From Monocercomonoides exilis PA203 (Eukaryota; Protista; Preaxostyla), in the NCBI GenBank assembly GCA_001643675.2, contig LSRY02000020.1, positions 930,001-994,000 on the forward strand: a DNA stretch of 64,000 nucleotides. Direction: 5' to 3'. The notes under the pieces are model-generated. The model made no database searches, was not told the DNA's origin, and saw only the letters and a list, made by a program, of their open reading frames with translations. Below are positions 36,811 to 48,086 of this stretch, in pieces; positions within the stretch are counted from its first letter, which is position 1, and each line of letters starts with the position of its first letter. The position numbers and the translations under genes were made by a program.

Positions 36811-38065
36811 CACCAAAAATAATTCAAATTCGAAAAAGAATAATTCAATTTCGTAATTAATAATTCGAAATCGAAAATTAATAATTCGATTTCGGAATTA
36901 ATATTTCAATTTCGAAAAAAAATAATTCAAATTCGGAATTAATAATTCGAAATCGAAAAAGAATAATTCGATTTCGGAATTAATAATTCGAAATCGAAAA
37001 TTAATAATTCGAATTCGAAATTAATATTTCAATTTCGAAAATTAATAATTCGATTTCGGAATTAATATTTCAATTTCGAAAAAAAATAATTCAAATTCGG
37101 AATTAATAATTCGAAATCGAAAATTAATAATTCGATTTCGGAATTAATAATTCGAAATCGAAAATTAATAATTCAATTTCGTAATTTATTAATTCGATTT
37201 CGAAAAAGAATAATTCAATTTTAAAAATGATTATTTCAATTTCGAAATTCATTATTAACTGAAATTTTTTATTTTTATCAAGAATGGATTTCAGAAAAGT
37301 TCAAGTTATTTTTTAACCTATCAAATTTTATTACTCATAGAAAACTGTTTTTTTATTGCAACAATCAATAAATCAATTTTTTGAATTTTTTTTTCATTTT
37401 CGAAAATCATCACTCAAATATTAATAGTTTTATAAAAATTCATTCTATTGAATAACCAAATAAAATTTTTAAAAAATTTAATCACGATTATTGAATTATT
37501 TCTTCACAATAATGTTATTGTTTCATTGGCAAAATTCTGAATAATATCGGTTTTAAACATGAAAATGTATTTCTTTCCTTTTCAAATTAACTTCAATCAA
37601 TGAATCTTCATTCAAAATGAAAGAATATTTTTTAATGAAAATGCAACATTTTTCAATTATTGATAGACTAAATTTGCTGATGAGATAAAAATAAAATGAA
37701 TTTATAACCCCAAACACAAGTTATTCATTCCACAAATCAAAAAAATTCACGTTTCGAAATTGAATTATTCTTTTTCGAAATCGAATTAATAAATTACGAA
37801 ATTGAATTATTAATTTTCGATTTCGAATTATTAATTCCGAAATCGAATTATTAATTTTCGATTTCGAATTATTAATTCCGAATTTGAATTATTTTTTTTC
37901 GAAATTGAAATATTAATTCCGAAATCGAATTATTAATTTTCGAAATTGAAATATTAATTTCGAATTCGAATTATTAATTTTCGATTTCGAATTATTAATT
38001 CCGAAATCGAATTATTCTTTTTCGAATTTGAATTATTTTTTTTCGAATTAGAATTATTTTTGGTG
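36811..38065. mobile_element. Foldback-type non-autonomous element with modular TIRs made of ~20-22-bp tandem repeats; flanked by TA
   Basis: TA|caccaaaaataattc ... gaattatttttggtg|TA. Left array ~36811-37245 and right array ~37751-38065; ~36954-37221 reads as the reverse complement of ~37758-38025. AT-rich non-coding middle. Confidence 0.8.
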
Positions 38066-38329
38066 TAACTCCACAAAAAAAAATTGAAAAGTTCTGAAAA
38101 ATATCATTGTCCAATTTACAAATAACTGTAAAAATGCACTTAATGCAACGTTGAAGCTAATGAATATGCCTTTGTTTTCTTCTTTTTCTTCTTCATATCT
38201 CAATTCTTTTTGTATTATTTTCTCTCTCATCCTCCATTCTTGTAACCACATCGATAGTGTCATCCTCCCCAATCCCAACAGCCCATCCACTTCTCCTTTT
38301 GAATTCCACATCTCTTTCCTCCATCAAAC

Positions 38330-39100
38330 ACGCTCTTCAACCAATGCCGCTGTTGAACATATTGGAACCGAATCTCAAAGAAAGGAATTAAAAGATTGTC
38401 CTTTACTGAATTGAACAGCTATATTTTTGAATGGTGCGAATGGAATGATTCAAATGGAGGAAATGAATATGGAGGTGCACTTTGTATTTCTAACACGAAT
38501 GCAAATCTCACTATCACATCTGGCTTATTTGGAAAATGTAGTTGTTCAGGCGATTGTAGTGGAGGAGCTTTGTTTTGTGAAAACTTATTGTAAATCAGAT
38601 TCGCAAAATCCAATTTCACAAGTTCATCTGCTATGCATGGAGGAGCTTCAGAAATAATATATCCTCAATCCAATTCTGATTGGTCATTCTCAGAAAATTG
38701 TGTGGAAAGTCGTTCAATAACAAGAAGTGTTGGAACTGAGTGGTATTTTGGTCTCGATAACATGTAATCAGATGCAAAATTCTTGTTCAAAAATTGCACC
38801 TGCATTGCAAATACTGGTGGTGATGCTGCCGGTGCAGTCACATTTAATTATCCTCCACCAGTAATACCTCTTCAATATTTGCTCCAAGAGTGCCAGTTCA
38901 TCAACAACAAATTGACAAGCACTTCAACTTCCTATGGTGGTGCAAATATTCATTGCACCAGAATATATGATTGGATGAGCGGATTCAAATTCATCTCTTT
39001 CTGTTTCTTCGATAACAACAAGACTCTTGTGGCAAATGGAATAATGATTTCTTCAGTGGTTATTCCTTCACTTAATCCCCATTTGAAGTATGCAGATCAT
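38330..39100 (+). pseudogene. Degraded gene of a GGA(I/L)-repeat, right-handed beta-helix (Pmp/pectin-lyase-like) surface-protein family
   Basis: Fragments YGGALCIS, SGGALFCE, FKNCTC...GGDAAGAV, ECQFINNK...YGGANIH and SFCFFDNN, broken by stops and frameshifts. Confidence 0.55.
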
Positions 39101-42100
39101 CAATTCCAACGAAAAGAGTTTGAAATATCGGAACTTTTGGAAAAGAGATTACCAACATTTGCTCCCTTTCATATCTTCTCCCTTTTTTCTTCAAATCAAT
39201 TCCATATACCATATTCCCACAGACATTTCTTTCTTTTCTTCTTTTCCATCTCTTTCTATTTCAACCGTTTCTCCTCTGAATTTTTCAAATCTTCCTTTGA
39301 TGATGCTTAATTTACGCATCCACTCCTTTCTTGAATCTCATAAATCCATCTCATTATTTCTTCCTTCTGCTTTAGTAATTCATATTCATTAATAATTAAC
39401 TTCAAATCCTCTTTTTCTTCATCTTTATCCTCTTCTGCTCCACCTTCCTTAGCCTGTTCTCTTTCCTCCATAATTCCAGCGCAATCGCTGTATGTTGGAG
39501 AACTTCATCTTTTGACCTCCATTCTTTGCCCCACAGTCTCCGGCTTCTTCTGCACAGTCTCCACAACTTCACACGCTGCAACCACTTGCCCCGTTACTTC
39601 ATCTTTCAACTTCACCAAGTATTTTAACTGTGGCGATCGACAAATATGCAGCAGCGATGGGTCAAACATATCGCAGATCGACTGGATCGCATTCACTTCT
39701 GCCGCTTCAACGATCCGCTCACTCCCCGATTTCGTGCTCACGGATGCTGCAAGCGATGGATCCTGACCAACATGCGGAACAGAAAGCATCACCTAAAGCA
39801 CAACATCGTCAGCTCACGTAACACATCCATGCAGTACTTTCCGCCGAGCCACAACATAACTTTTGAAGCGTCTGTTTCTCCATCAGTTACGAATTCTTTT
39901 GATTTGCATGTGCCCCAGCTTCTTCTGACACAGAAATTAGCATCCGTCTATTGATATCGTCCATCGCTGCTACAGACGTGAATGACGACGAAACACCCGA
40001 CGCATACGAAGAGTTAATTGCAGGCGAAGATGAAGATGATAATTACTTGTCATCTCCTTTTGCTTTCTTCTCCTAGCTGCTCTGCTTCCTGAATGGAGAA
40101 GAAGATCTACGTTCGGCTTCAGTTGAATAAGATGAAGTCAAAAAAAAAAAATAGGATGACAAGAATAATGCTGTGCTGTTTTCCTGAAATAAAAATGTGT
40201 GAGAGATGTGAGATTATTTTTTTAAAGTTGACCATCAAGCTTCACTTTGACTTCTTCAATTTTCGCATCAGAAAGTTTAAACAGTTAATGAAGTCATTCA
40301 CCTCAAAATGATGAAACTTCGTTGTGTTTTTCTTTTTCTTTTTCTTTTTTTGAAATATCATTGCAGATTGTATGACGTCGAACTTTGAATAGTTAATATT
40401 CAAAAAATTTCGTTTATATTGATTGCAAAATAAAAGGAGATATAACAGAATGTTTGTATTTGACTGTGTAAACATCAATAAAGTTTGCAAATGAATATCA
40501 GATTTCTTCAGTTCTTTCGAGAAGAGTACAGTATAAACAATCAAATTGACTTCTTATGCATATGCCATTTCCTTTGTTAAATTGGTCATTCATATTTGTG
40601 ATTAATGACTTTTGTGAATATCTCTTTTCAATTGTTTATTTTTTATTTTAGTATTTTTTAAAAATGCAACCAAAAGATCATAAATCAACATTGAAGTTTA
40701 TTTTTTTGTGACTATTTTAATATTTTTAACATGTCCAAAAATTCAATAAGTTTGAAAAGAACAATAAAAAAAATCAGTAAACAAGAATAAACCAAATTCT
40801 TGCTCCAAAACTCTAATCACAAATTAAAAGCAATTCCAACTGAAAACACAATGCTTCACAGAACCCTTTGAGGTTGAATAAATAATTTGAAGTTTGTGCA
40901 GCCATTGTGGAATGATTAATTTGATACAGATAGACTGTTGATTGAAAGTTGAAAGGAAGCTGAAGCTCGGAAATGAAAGATAGTCGAATGGAAGATGAAA
41001 GAGTAGCGTGATTGTGGAAGAGTTGTGAAAAAATTATTTGATGAAGCTCTGCAATTGAGCAATATTGGCTAAGGAAGAAACAAGTTTGTCTGAAGATGAG
41101 GTTGCAATATGATAAGAGATAAAAGTATTTTTTCGATAATTATGAAAGAAAAATGAATTTTGATGAAGGAAAATGTGAGTTGAGTGAAATGGTTGATGAA
41201 GAATGCTGATAAGAAGAAGAAGAAGAAGATGATGATGATGAAGGAGGAGAAGGAGAAGGAGAAAAAGAAGTGAATGAAGAATTTCGTGCTTTCATGTTGC
41301 TTGGCGAAGAGTAATGATAAGGCAATGAGCCAATTGTTGACGATGATGATGAATGAGAATAACTTGTATTTTCGCTTGTTTTATGCGAAAACTACCAAAA
41401 ATTCGACAGGAATGAATCCAAAGTTTCATTAATAAAAGCATATGTTTTAAAATAGAAAAAGTCGATGTTTTTATCAGATCAAGAAATTGATGGATTGCGA
41501 TGTATCCAGATCTTATCGATCATTCTCTTTGGCTTTGCTGTTCACCACTTTCATTTGAACGAACTTTTTTATGCGTTGCTGTTTCATTTATCGGTTTAAT
41601 CGCTTCTTTTTCTTCCTCTTTTTCTCCATTTTTTCTTTATTTTCTTCTGCTATCACATCTTCTTCAACTTTCCCTAAAAAGCATTTCTAAAACATATAAA
41701 TAGACAGTCTCAAAACTTTTTCATATTACTCTTGTGAATACTCGACAAAACTTTCAATTCTCACATATTCCGATTTTTGTTCAGCAACTTTGGTCGACTT
41801 TTCATCTTGGCATATAACTTTAATTCTTTTATTTCCTTTTTTTTCTCTTCTTCCTCTTTTCCCTCTCTGCTATTATCTCTTTCTCTTCCTTCCTCATTGT
41901 TCTTCCCTTCCTGCTTCAGCTGCACTCGTTGGAGTCATATAATGTCGTTCATCAAGTTTTGATATCTCTTGCTTTTTATCATCTGCATAACTGCTTCTAG
42001 GCACGTTTCTTCCTCAAATATTCATTCTTGTCTGTTTGGTGATCTCTCATTCAGCATTGCTCTCACTGAGTGAACTACTTTTAATATTAATTTGTTTGTG

Positions 42101-43136
42101 CTGTATGGTTATTCGAATATTCTTTCTAAAGCCTAAGGAAATTTTTAACTTAGAGGATGTCTGGTTGCAGATGCCGTATAAAGAAGCACTTATTCAAAGG
42201 AGTGAAAATTATAAAGGAGCAAACAAATGAATTTGAATGTACAGGAAAACTGTGGATTGATGAGAAAACATTGGATGTATTTTCTACAATTGATTGAGCA
42301 AATATATTCATGTGATTTATTTGTCGAACATCGTTTAATAAAAGCACATTTTTTTTAAGCGCAAATATTTTTTTTCCTTTAATTGTTGCTTTTTAAATTG
42401 GAATCTCTGCAATTCACTTTTGCCGAATTGAAATGACACAAAAGTGAATAAAAAGGAGAATTTGTTAAAATTTGTATTACTTTAAATAAAAATCGTTTTA
42501 AGCAACCAAACCTGGTTTCATTCAAAAGTTGTATCGGTGCAAGCTTCCGTTCTGCAGAAACACATTTTTTCCCACTTTCGTTCAATGAATATTTGTCAGG
42601 ATAAACTAATAATAAAGAAAATTCTCAGTGAAAACGTTAAATAAAATCTTAAACTTGAAATTTGTAAAGTGTTCAATATCCATCAATTCAAAAAATGCAT
42701 GTGCTCTTTATTCATTTTCCACGCATTGATGTTTGTTTTTAAAAGTTAAAATTGTCAACAATAAAAGATTTCGCAGATCATCCCATTTGTGGAACTTTGT
42801 TATCACAAAGTATAAACTATTTTTTGTTGAGTCATGGAACGAATCAAGTTTTCTCTTTTATCAAACTCGAGGAAAAGCGAAAGATGCAGAGATGTTTGGG
42901 AGTATCAAACAAACAAATCTGCAAATGATTGTGTGGAAATGCTGAAGTGCATGCTTTTCCAAATAAATACGGGTAAAAAAATATTTCCCCAGATTCAAAA
43001 AATATTTACGGTTTGTTTTTATTTTTTGTATTTGTTTTTGTGAAAAATCTAATTAAAATGACATCATGAAAAGAACAAAATCAATATTTCATGTTACGAC
43101 TGGCTTCTGCTAATAATCAAGAAGAAAATCAACATA

Positions 43137-44146
43137 GGGTCAACTTTTTAATGGGACTTTTTCCCTTATTGGCACTTTTTTTGTTTTTGACTGCCAACTT
43201 TCAACAAACGTTGATTGGCTTTCAGTACTTCAAAAAACCTTTTTTACAAGTTTAACACAATTTATTTACAGTTGGTTTTTTAATTTTTGCTTATTACACA
43301 TTGAGAAATTACGTTTTTTTTGTTAAATTTGAAAGGACTTTTACCAGCCAACTAGGCAACGTCCAAGAAATTGGATACATGTTTTGAATAGCAAATACTA
43401 TTATCTAACTACTTTTAAATTCTTTTTTTTCATAAACACTTTTTTCTTGTTTTTTTCACATTTCATTTTTTTAACAACATTCTAACATAAAACCGATTAT
43501 TTCTTTGTTAATATAATGAAATGATAAAAATAAAAATTTGATATGAAAAACAAATAGTCTAATAATAAAGAATTGGAAAAATGAAACATTATTTTTTTCT
43601 ATTTAACTAAAACGGACAAATGGCGCTTTCTTAAAATAATTGATGATCAAGTTTTTGCAAAAAAGTTAAGTTCTTGACAAATAGAAAAAAATAATGTTTC
43701 ATTTTTCCAATTCTTTATTATTAGACTATTTGTTTTTCATATCAAATTTTTATTTTTATCATTTCATTATATTAACAAAGAAATAATCGGTTTTATGTTA
43801 GAATGTTGTTAAAAAAATGAAATGTGAAAAAAACAAGAAAAAAGTGTTTATGAAAAAAAAGAATTTAAAAGTAGTTAGATAATAGTATTTGCTATTCAAA
43901 ACATGTATCCAATTTCTTGGACGTTGCCTAGTTGGCTGGTAAAAGTCCTTTCAAATTTAACAAAAAAAACGTAATTTCTCAATGTGTAATAAGCAAAAAT
44001 TAAAAAACCAACTGTAAATAAATTGTGTTAAACTTGTAAAAAAGGTTTTTTGAAGTACTGAAAGCCAATCAACGTTTGTTGAAAGTTGGCAGTCAAAAAC
44101 AAAAAAAGTGCCAATAAGGGAAAAAGTCCCATTAAAAAGTTGACCC
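43137..44146. mobile_element. Foldback/MITE-like element: 468-bp apparently perfect TIRs (43137-43604, 43679-44146), 74-bp spacer, TA TSD
   Basis: TA|gggtcaactttttaatgggac ... gtcccattaaaaagttgaccc|TA. Removing the element and one TA restores N-Q-H-T-K-V-T-L, which aligns with N-K-H-A-K-V-T-L in the paralog at ~62550. Confidence 0.92.
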
Positions 44147-45019
44147 TACAAAAGTCACTTTATAGAAATGTATTTTCCAAGAATACAGCCTAACGCAGCT
44201 GATTGATTTAGGCTTTTCATGCTCCCATGGAAGTTATTATCATACAAAGAAAAATAGCTCATTTGCTTCGTTAAAAATTAAAGCTCTGAAAAATCCAGCT
44301 CTTCCACCATCTGAACAACGTTTGTTTTCATTATTTTTTATTCTTGTTAAAAAGAAATTTTTGATTTGAATACGAATATCATTCAAGTATATCAAAATAG
44401 AATTGAATTTTGAAAATGAGAGAATTTTCAATGAGTTTTTTTAATGAAAATTCGACCGAATCATCGGAATGCATCCGAAACTTCTCCCGTTAAAGCCGTA
44501 GTTTGTTTTCACATTAATTTTTTCTGATTTCAGTGTATATCAATTTTATCATTCAGATTCTGAACCAGAAATAGATGATGATTTTCAGATTATCAACTGC
44601 AGTAACGAAATGCAAGAGGATGTTGATCCTCTTTATCATTATTTCAAAGAGAATGATATCAGAAGCGACAGTTTGCATACTGCTGGAGAACAGAACGTTT
44701 CTGGAAATGATAGTTACAGCCAAATGGACATTGATGAAGAAATTTCCCTTTTGGATGTTCAGGAAATAGCTGACCATTCTTTTTCTTTTGAACTTGAAAT
44801 AATACTGAACAATTCTAAAATGATTACTGAAGACAATTTCGAAAATGATGCGGAGCTTGAGAAAATGGCAGATTCTCATTGAATGGAAGAAGATAGTCAC
44901 ATATTTGAACGGAAAAGTCAGAATTTTCAATTTTCTCATTGTTCTGCTTCAGATGTTTGTGCTCAAATGAAACATTCAAGGAATGAAACAGGTCAGCAAA
45001 TGGAATCAGATGTTTATTC

Positions 45020-45845
45020 TCCTTTGCCAAATATGGGGAATACATGTAATTTGTCTTCAATGATCCAAGTGTTTCGATCAATTTGCATTCAATTATGTGA
45101 ATTTAGCCTAAGGAAAGGAAGAATATCAAAATTCTTGGTTAGCTTGAACAAAATAATTCAAAGCAACAATTTGAGACTGTGATCGATAACAACAGAAAAA
45201 GGCAACCGTGGTCCTCATCTTTCGTAAGAAATTGGGTAAAAAGACATGGACTTTAAAATGGTGAACAACAGGAATGCTATGAGACATTTTCAAATTTGTT
45301 TAGCGATCTTTCATCTACAACTCCAATGATAGCAAAAAAAATGTCAGCTAAAATCTGCTATCCAAGAAAGTGCAACGAATGCGGTAGGTTGGAATTTGGA
45401 ATGATTGAATCGACCCCATTAATTCGACTTCAGATGAGAGATGTCATTTCCGAGTTAAACAAATCATTCAGGACAAGCAAAACAAATACCAACAACAGAG
45501 AAGCTTTCTGCTTCCAATGTCAGAAAATAACAAATCAATTTTCGTCGATGAAAATAAATCTATTCCCTCACATTTTAACATTCACTTCAGGATCTGATAT
45601 TGAAAACAAAAAGAGAATATTTAATATTCCCTCCGCAATCTCGTTTTCTGAATCAAAAGGAACGATGATTTCTCATCCTTCTAATACAGAGAATTCCCAC
45701 AATTACAGTTTGATGGCCTAGCTTTTTCATCAAGAATCAAAAGAAAGCGGTCATTTTTGTTCAATGTGAAGAAGCAGATGCCCATCGCCAAAATGTTCAT
45801 CATCCAAAGATAGTTGGTATATTTGCATCGACGGAGAAATATCCT
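45020..45845 (+). pseudogene. Ubiquitin-specific protease (peptidase C19/USP) domain embedded in transposase copy 1
   Basis: Cys box PLPNMGNTCNLSSMIQVF; EQQECYETF (QQD-box equivalent); CNEC and CFQC zinc knuckles; LFPHILTF; His box YSLMA*LFHQESKESGHF; WYICIDGEI. Confidence 0.75.
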
Positions 45846-47869
45846 TCATAAATAATGAAATAACAACAGAAACAAACTCTAACATAAACAATGGTTCAAT
45901 TCCGTTTATGAATGTTGACTCTCAGGAGAATCGTGGATGAATTCCTGTTTCCGATATTGCTTCACCAAATTTGTTTCAATTGGGACTATCACATCAAGGA
46001 AGTTCTTTTTCTAATAATATTTCATTAGTGTATCAGAGGAAAACAAATGCACGTTCTGTTAACATTAATTGTGATGGTTTATTCCAAGATCCTTCTTATT
46101 CACATCATCAAAAACCAACAATTCCACATCATTCCACTTCACCTTCAACAGCATCAGATGAAATAGCTCATATTCATTCTTCATCAGAAAAACGCCCTAA
46201 AAAATCAGCCTGATCTAACTTCGAAAACGGAGTCTCTCCGAAATTCATTTCATTAAGAAATGACACTTAAACACATTCAACTTCAAACAAAATCATTTCA
46301 GATCTTAACAATCATAAGAACTCAATTCGCAAAAAATCAAATCAGTTTCAAATAAATAATCATTTCCCAGAAAATGCTCTCTCAACAGCGGATTTCAATA
46401 ACAAGCAATCACAAGTTTCAGATATTGTTTTGTCAACACAATTTGGCAAAACAAAAAACGCATCAACCATTTGTTGCAATCCTCATTCAAATTAGATCGT
46501 TCGGCAAAATTTGCAACATCCACATGACAATAGTTTAAATAATTCTTTCACCCACAATTTGGCAGACGAAACTCATTATCCAATGAATAAACAACAAGTT
46601 CGCGTTGTCAATACAACAAAATCGCATTTGCATGAAAAGCTAATTGAAACAACAAATGTCAAAATGTCGAAAAGAAATTTCTACAAAAAGACAAAACACT
46701 TCAAAAGGTCAACTCGGCGGACTGATTTGTGCGACTTATGTGAGAAGTGTCATCGATTGAAGAAGAGAGAGGATTATTTGAAATCTCAATCACAAACATT
46801 GAATGATCAGGAACAGCAAACAATGAGACTTATCGAAAATCATCGCTTTCTTGCATCAAAACAACGTGAGCATTTCCATCAAATCAAAAAAAAAACATTT
46901 CATTAACGGAGGCATTGGTTTTATTCGACTTTAAAGAGAATTGGACGCTTCCTATTTGCAAAAATCAAATAAGTCGAGACTATTATGAAAAACAGGAAAT
47001 ATCTCATTTTTGCGTTATTGTTTTCATTGTCTACAAAAAAGGAGACAAGGAAACACATTTTCAACTTTTTCTCAAACGCCCTATCTCACGACTGCCGTTT
47101 CACCATTGAATGTTTGAAGCAAGTTTTGGAAAATGAAATCGTCAAAAACAAGCAAACTCTTCTTTTTGTGTGTGATACCGCGCCACACTTTCAGAATTCC
47201 CAGCTTATGCATTTTCTCCTTTCTGACAACTCTTCTCCCGTCAAAGGCAAACGAACAACTCTTTCCTTTTTCTATGAAAAACATGGAAAAAGTGAATGAG
47301 ATGGAGAATTCGGGAATCTGACAAACTGTGTAAAATAGAACTTGTCCAATGAAACTTCAATCAGAAAAATTGATGAACTTATGATATTTCTAGAAAACAA
47401 TTCAGATAACACGAACAAATTCCTATTTGATAACCAGGATTTCAATCAAAAGGCCATTCGTCATTTACTAAAGTTTTGTTCGCTTTATCTAATATTTAAT
47501 TTACATATTTTTTATATTTTTTTACATAGATACACTTCTGGAAACAAAATTCGATGGAAAAGGATCGTTTTGAAAGAAATGAAGACCTATTTATTCTATG
47601 AAAAAAGAGGAAATCAAATCTACAGATCTGTGTGCTCTCCAGAAAATTCGTATGGAAAATGGAAGATAAACTTTCAAGAAAAAAGCATCAGAGATGAAAG
47701 GTCAATGAAGTCATCAAAACAATACTCTCACAAAGAAAATTTATTTGAAATAGGAAATATAACTTTGTAACTTTTGAACGATAGAAAAATGTTGGATCCA
47801 ACTTGTTTTGTTAGTTCTGTTCAATTTAATGAGTAATTTTGTTTATTGTTGGATGTTATTATTGAGATG

Positions 47870-48086
47870 AATGAAGTTTTTTTTTAATACGTCTGCTGCT
47901 CAAGCCATTAAGTGTTTGCTTCCAACAAATACTCATTGGTACCCTAGTTTTCGCTCAAGAGCGAAACAAATGTGGATAGGCTGATTCCGTCCTGGGACTG
48001 TGACGTAACCGGTCCAGCACAGTCCCTTGAAGGCTTTGGGTCCAGAATCAGCCTCCCAGGGCAGATAGTCAAAAAAACAATTCGTT
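47870..48086 (+). ncRNA. Candidate conserved structured RNA downstream of transposase copy 1
   Basis: Stems aggctgattc (47978-87)/gaatcagcct (48045-54) and gggactgtg (47994-48002)/cacagtccc (48018-26); closing gtctgc (47891-96)/gcagat (48061-66). Covaries with the copy at 59289-59468. Confidence 0.55.

Larger units (their letters stand above)
42834..47830 (+). pseudogene. DDD-type (Sola2-like) transposase gene, copy 1, disrupted, with an internal USP domain and a MITE insertion
   Basis: N-terminal region 42834-44320 is homologous to 62264-62670 and weakly to 56628-57110. Catalytic region 46600-47400 reads RTDLCDLCE...HR.LA..QR, LFDFKENWTLP, YYEKQEISHF, FFSNALSHD, FVCDTAPHF, FFYEKHGKSE*DGEFG. 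Several stops and frameshifts. Confidence 0.7.

Noticed and set aside
36811-38065. CRISPR-like array
   Set aside because: Units are contiguous with no unique spacers, are arranged as inverted arms, have no cas genes nearby, and sit in a eukaryotic context.
39420-41400. Assignable genes in the fragmentary ORFs here and at 48.4-52 kb and 60.1-61.6 kb
   Set aside because: Coding-like composition, but stop-riddled and without motifs I can name; likely pseudogene debris.
43137-44146. 468-bp inverted repeats as the TIRs of the Sola2-like element
   Set aside because: They sit inside the transposase N-terminal coding region with a TA duplication, so they are a later nested insertion, not the element ends.
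47297-47299. TGA at a conserved Cys (HGKSE*D) as selenocysteine, with the downstream structure as SECIS
   Set aside because: The same gene has many other stops and frameshifts, copy 2 has Cys yet keeps the RNA motif, and the fold lacks the SECIS AUGA/GA layout.
47970-48065. Known self-cleaving ribozyme (hammerhead, HDV-like, twister)
   Set aside because: No CUGANGA/GAAA core, no HDV P3/L3 arrangement and no twister consensus found by eye on either strand; left as an unclassified motif.
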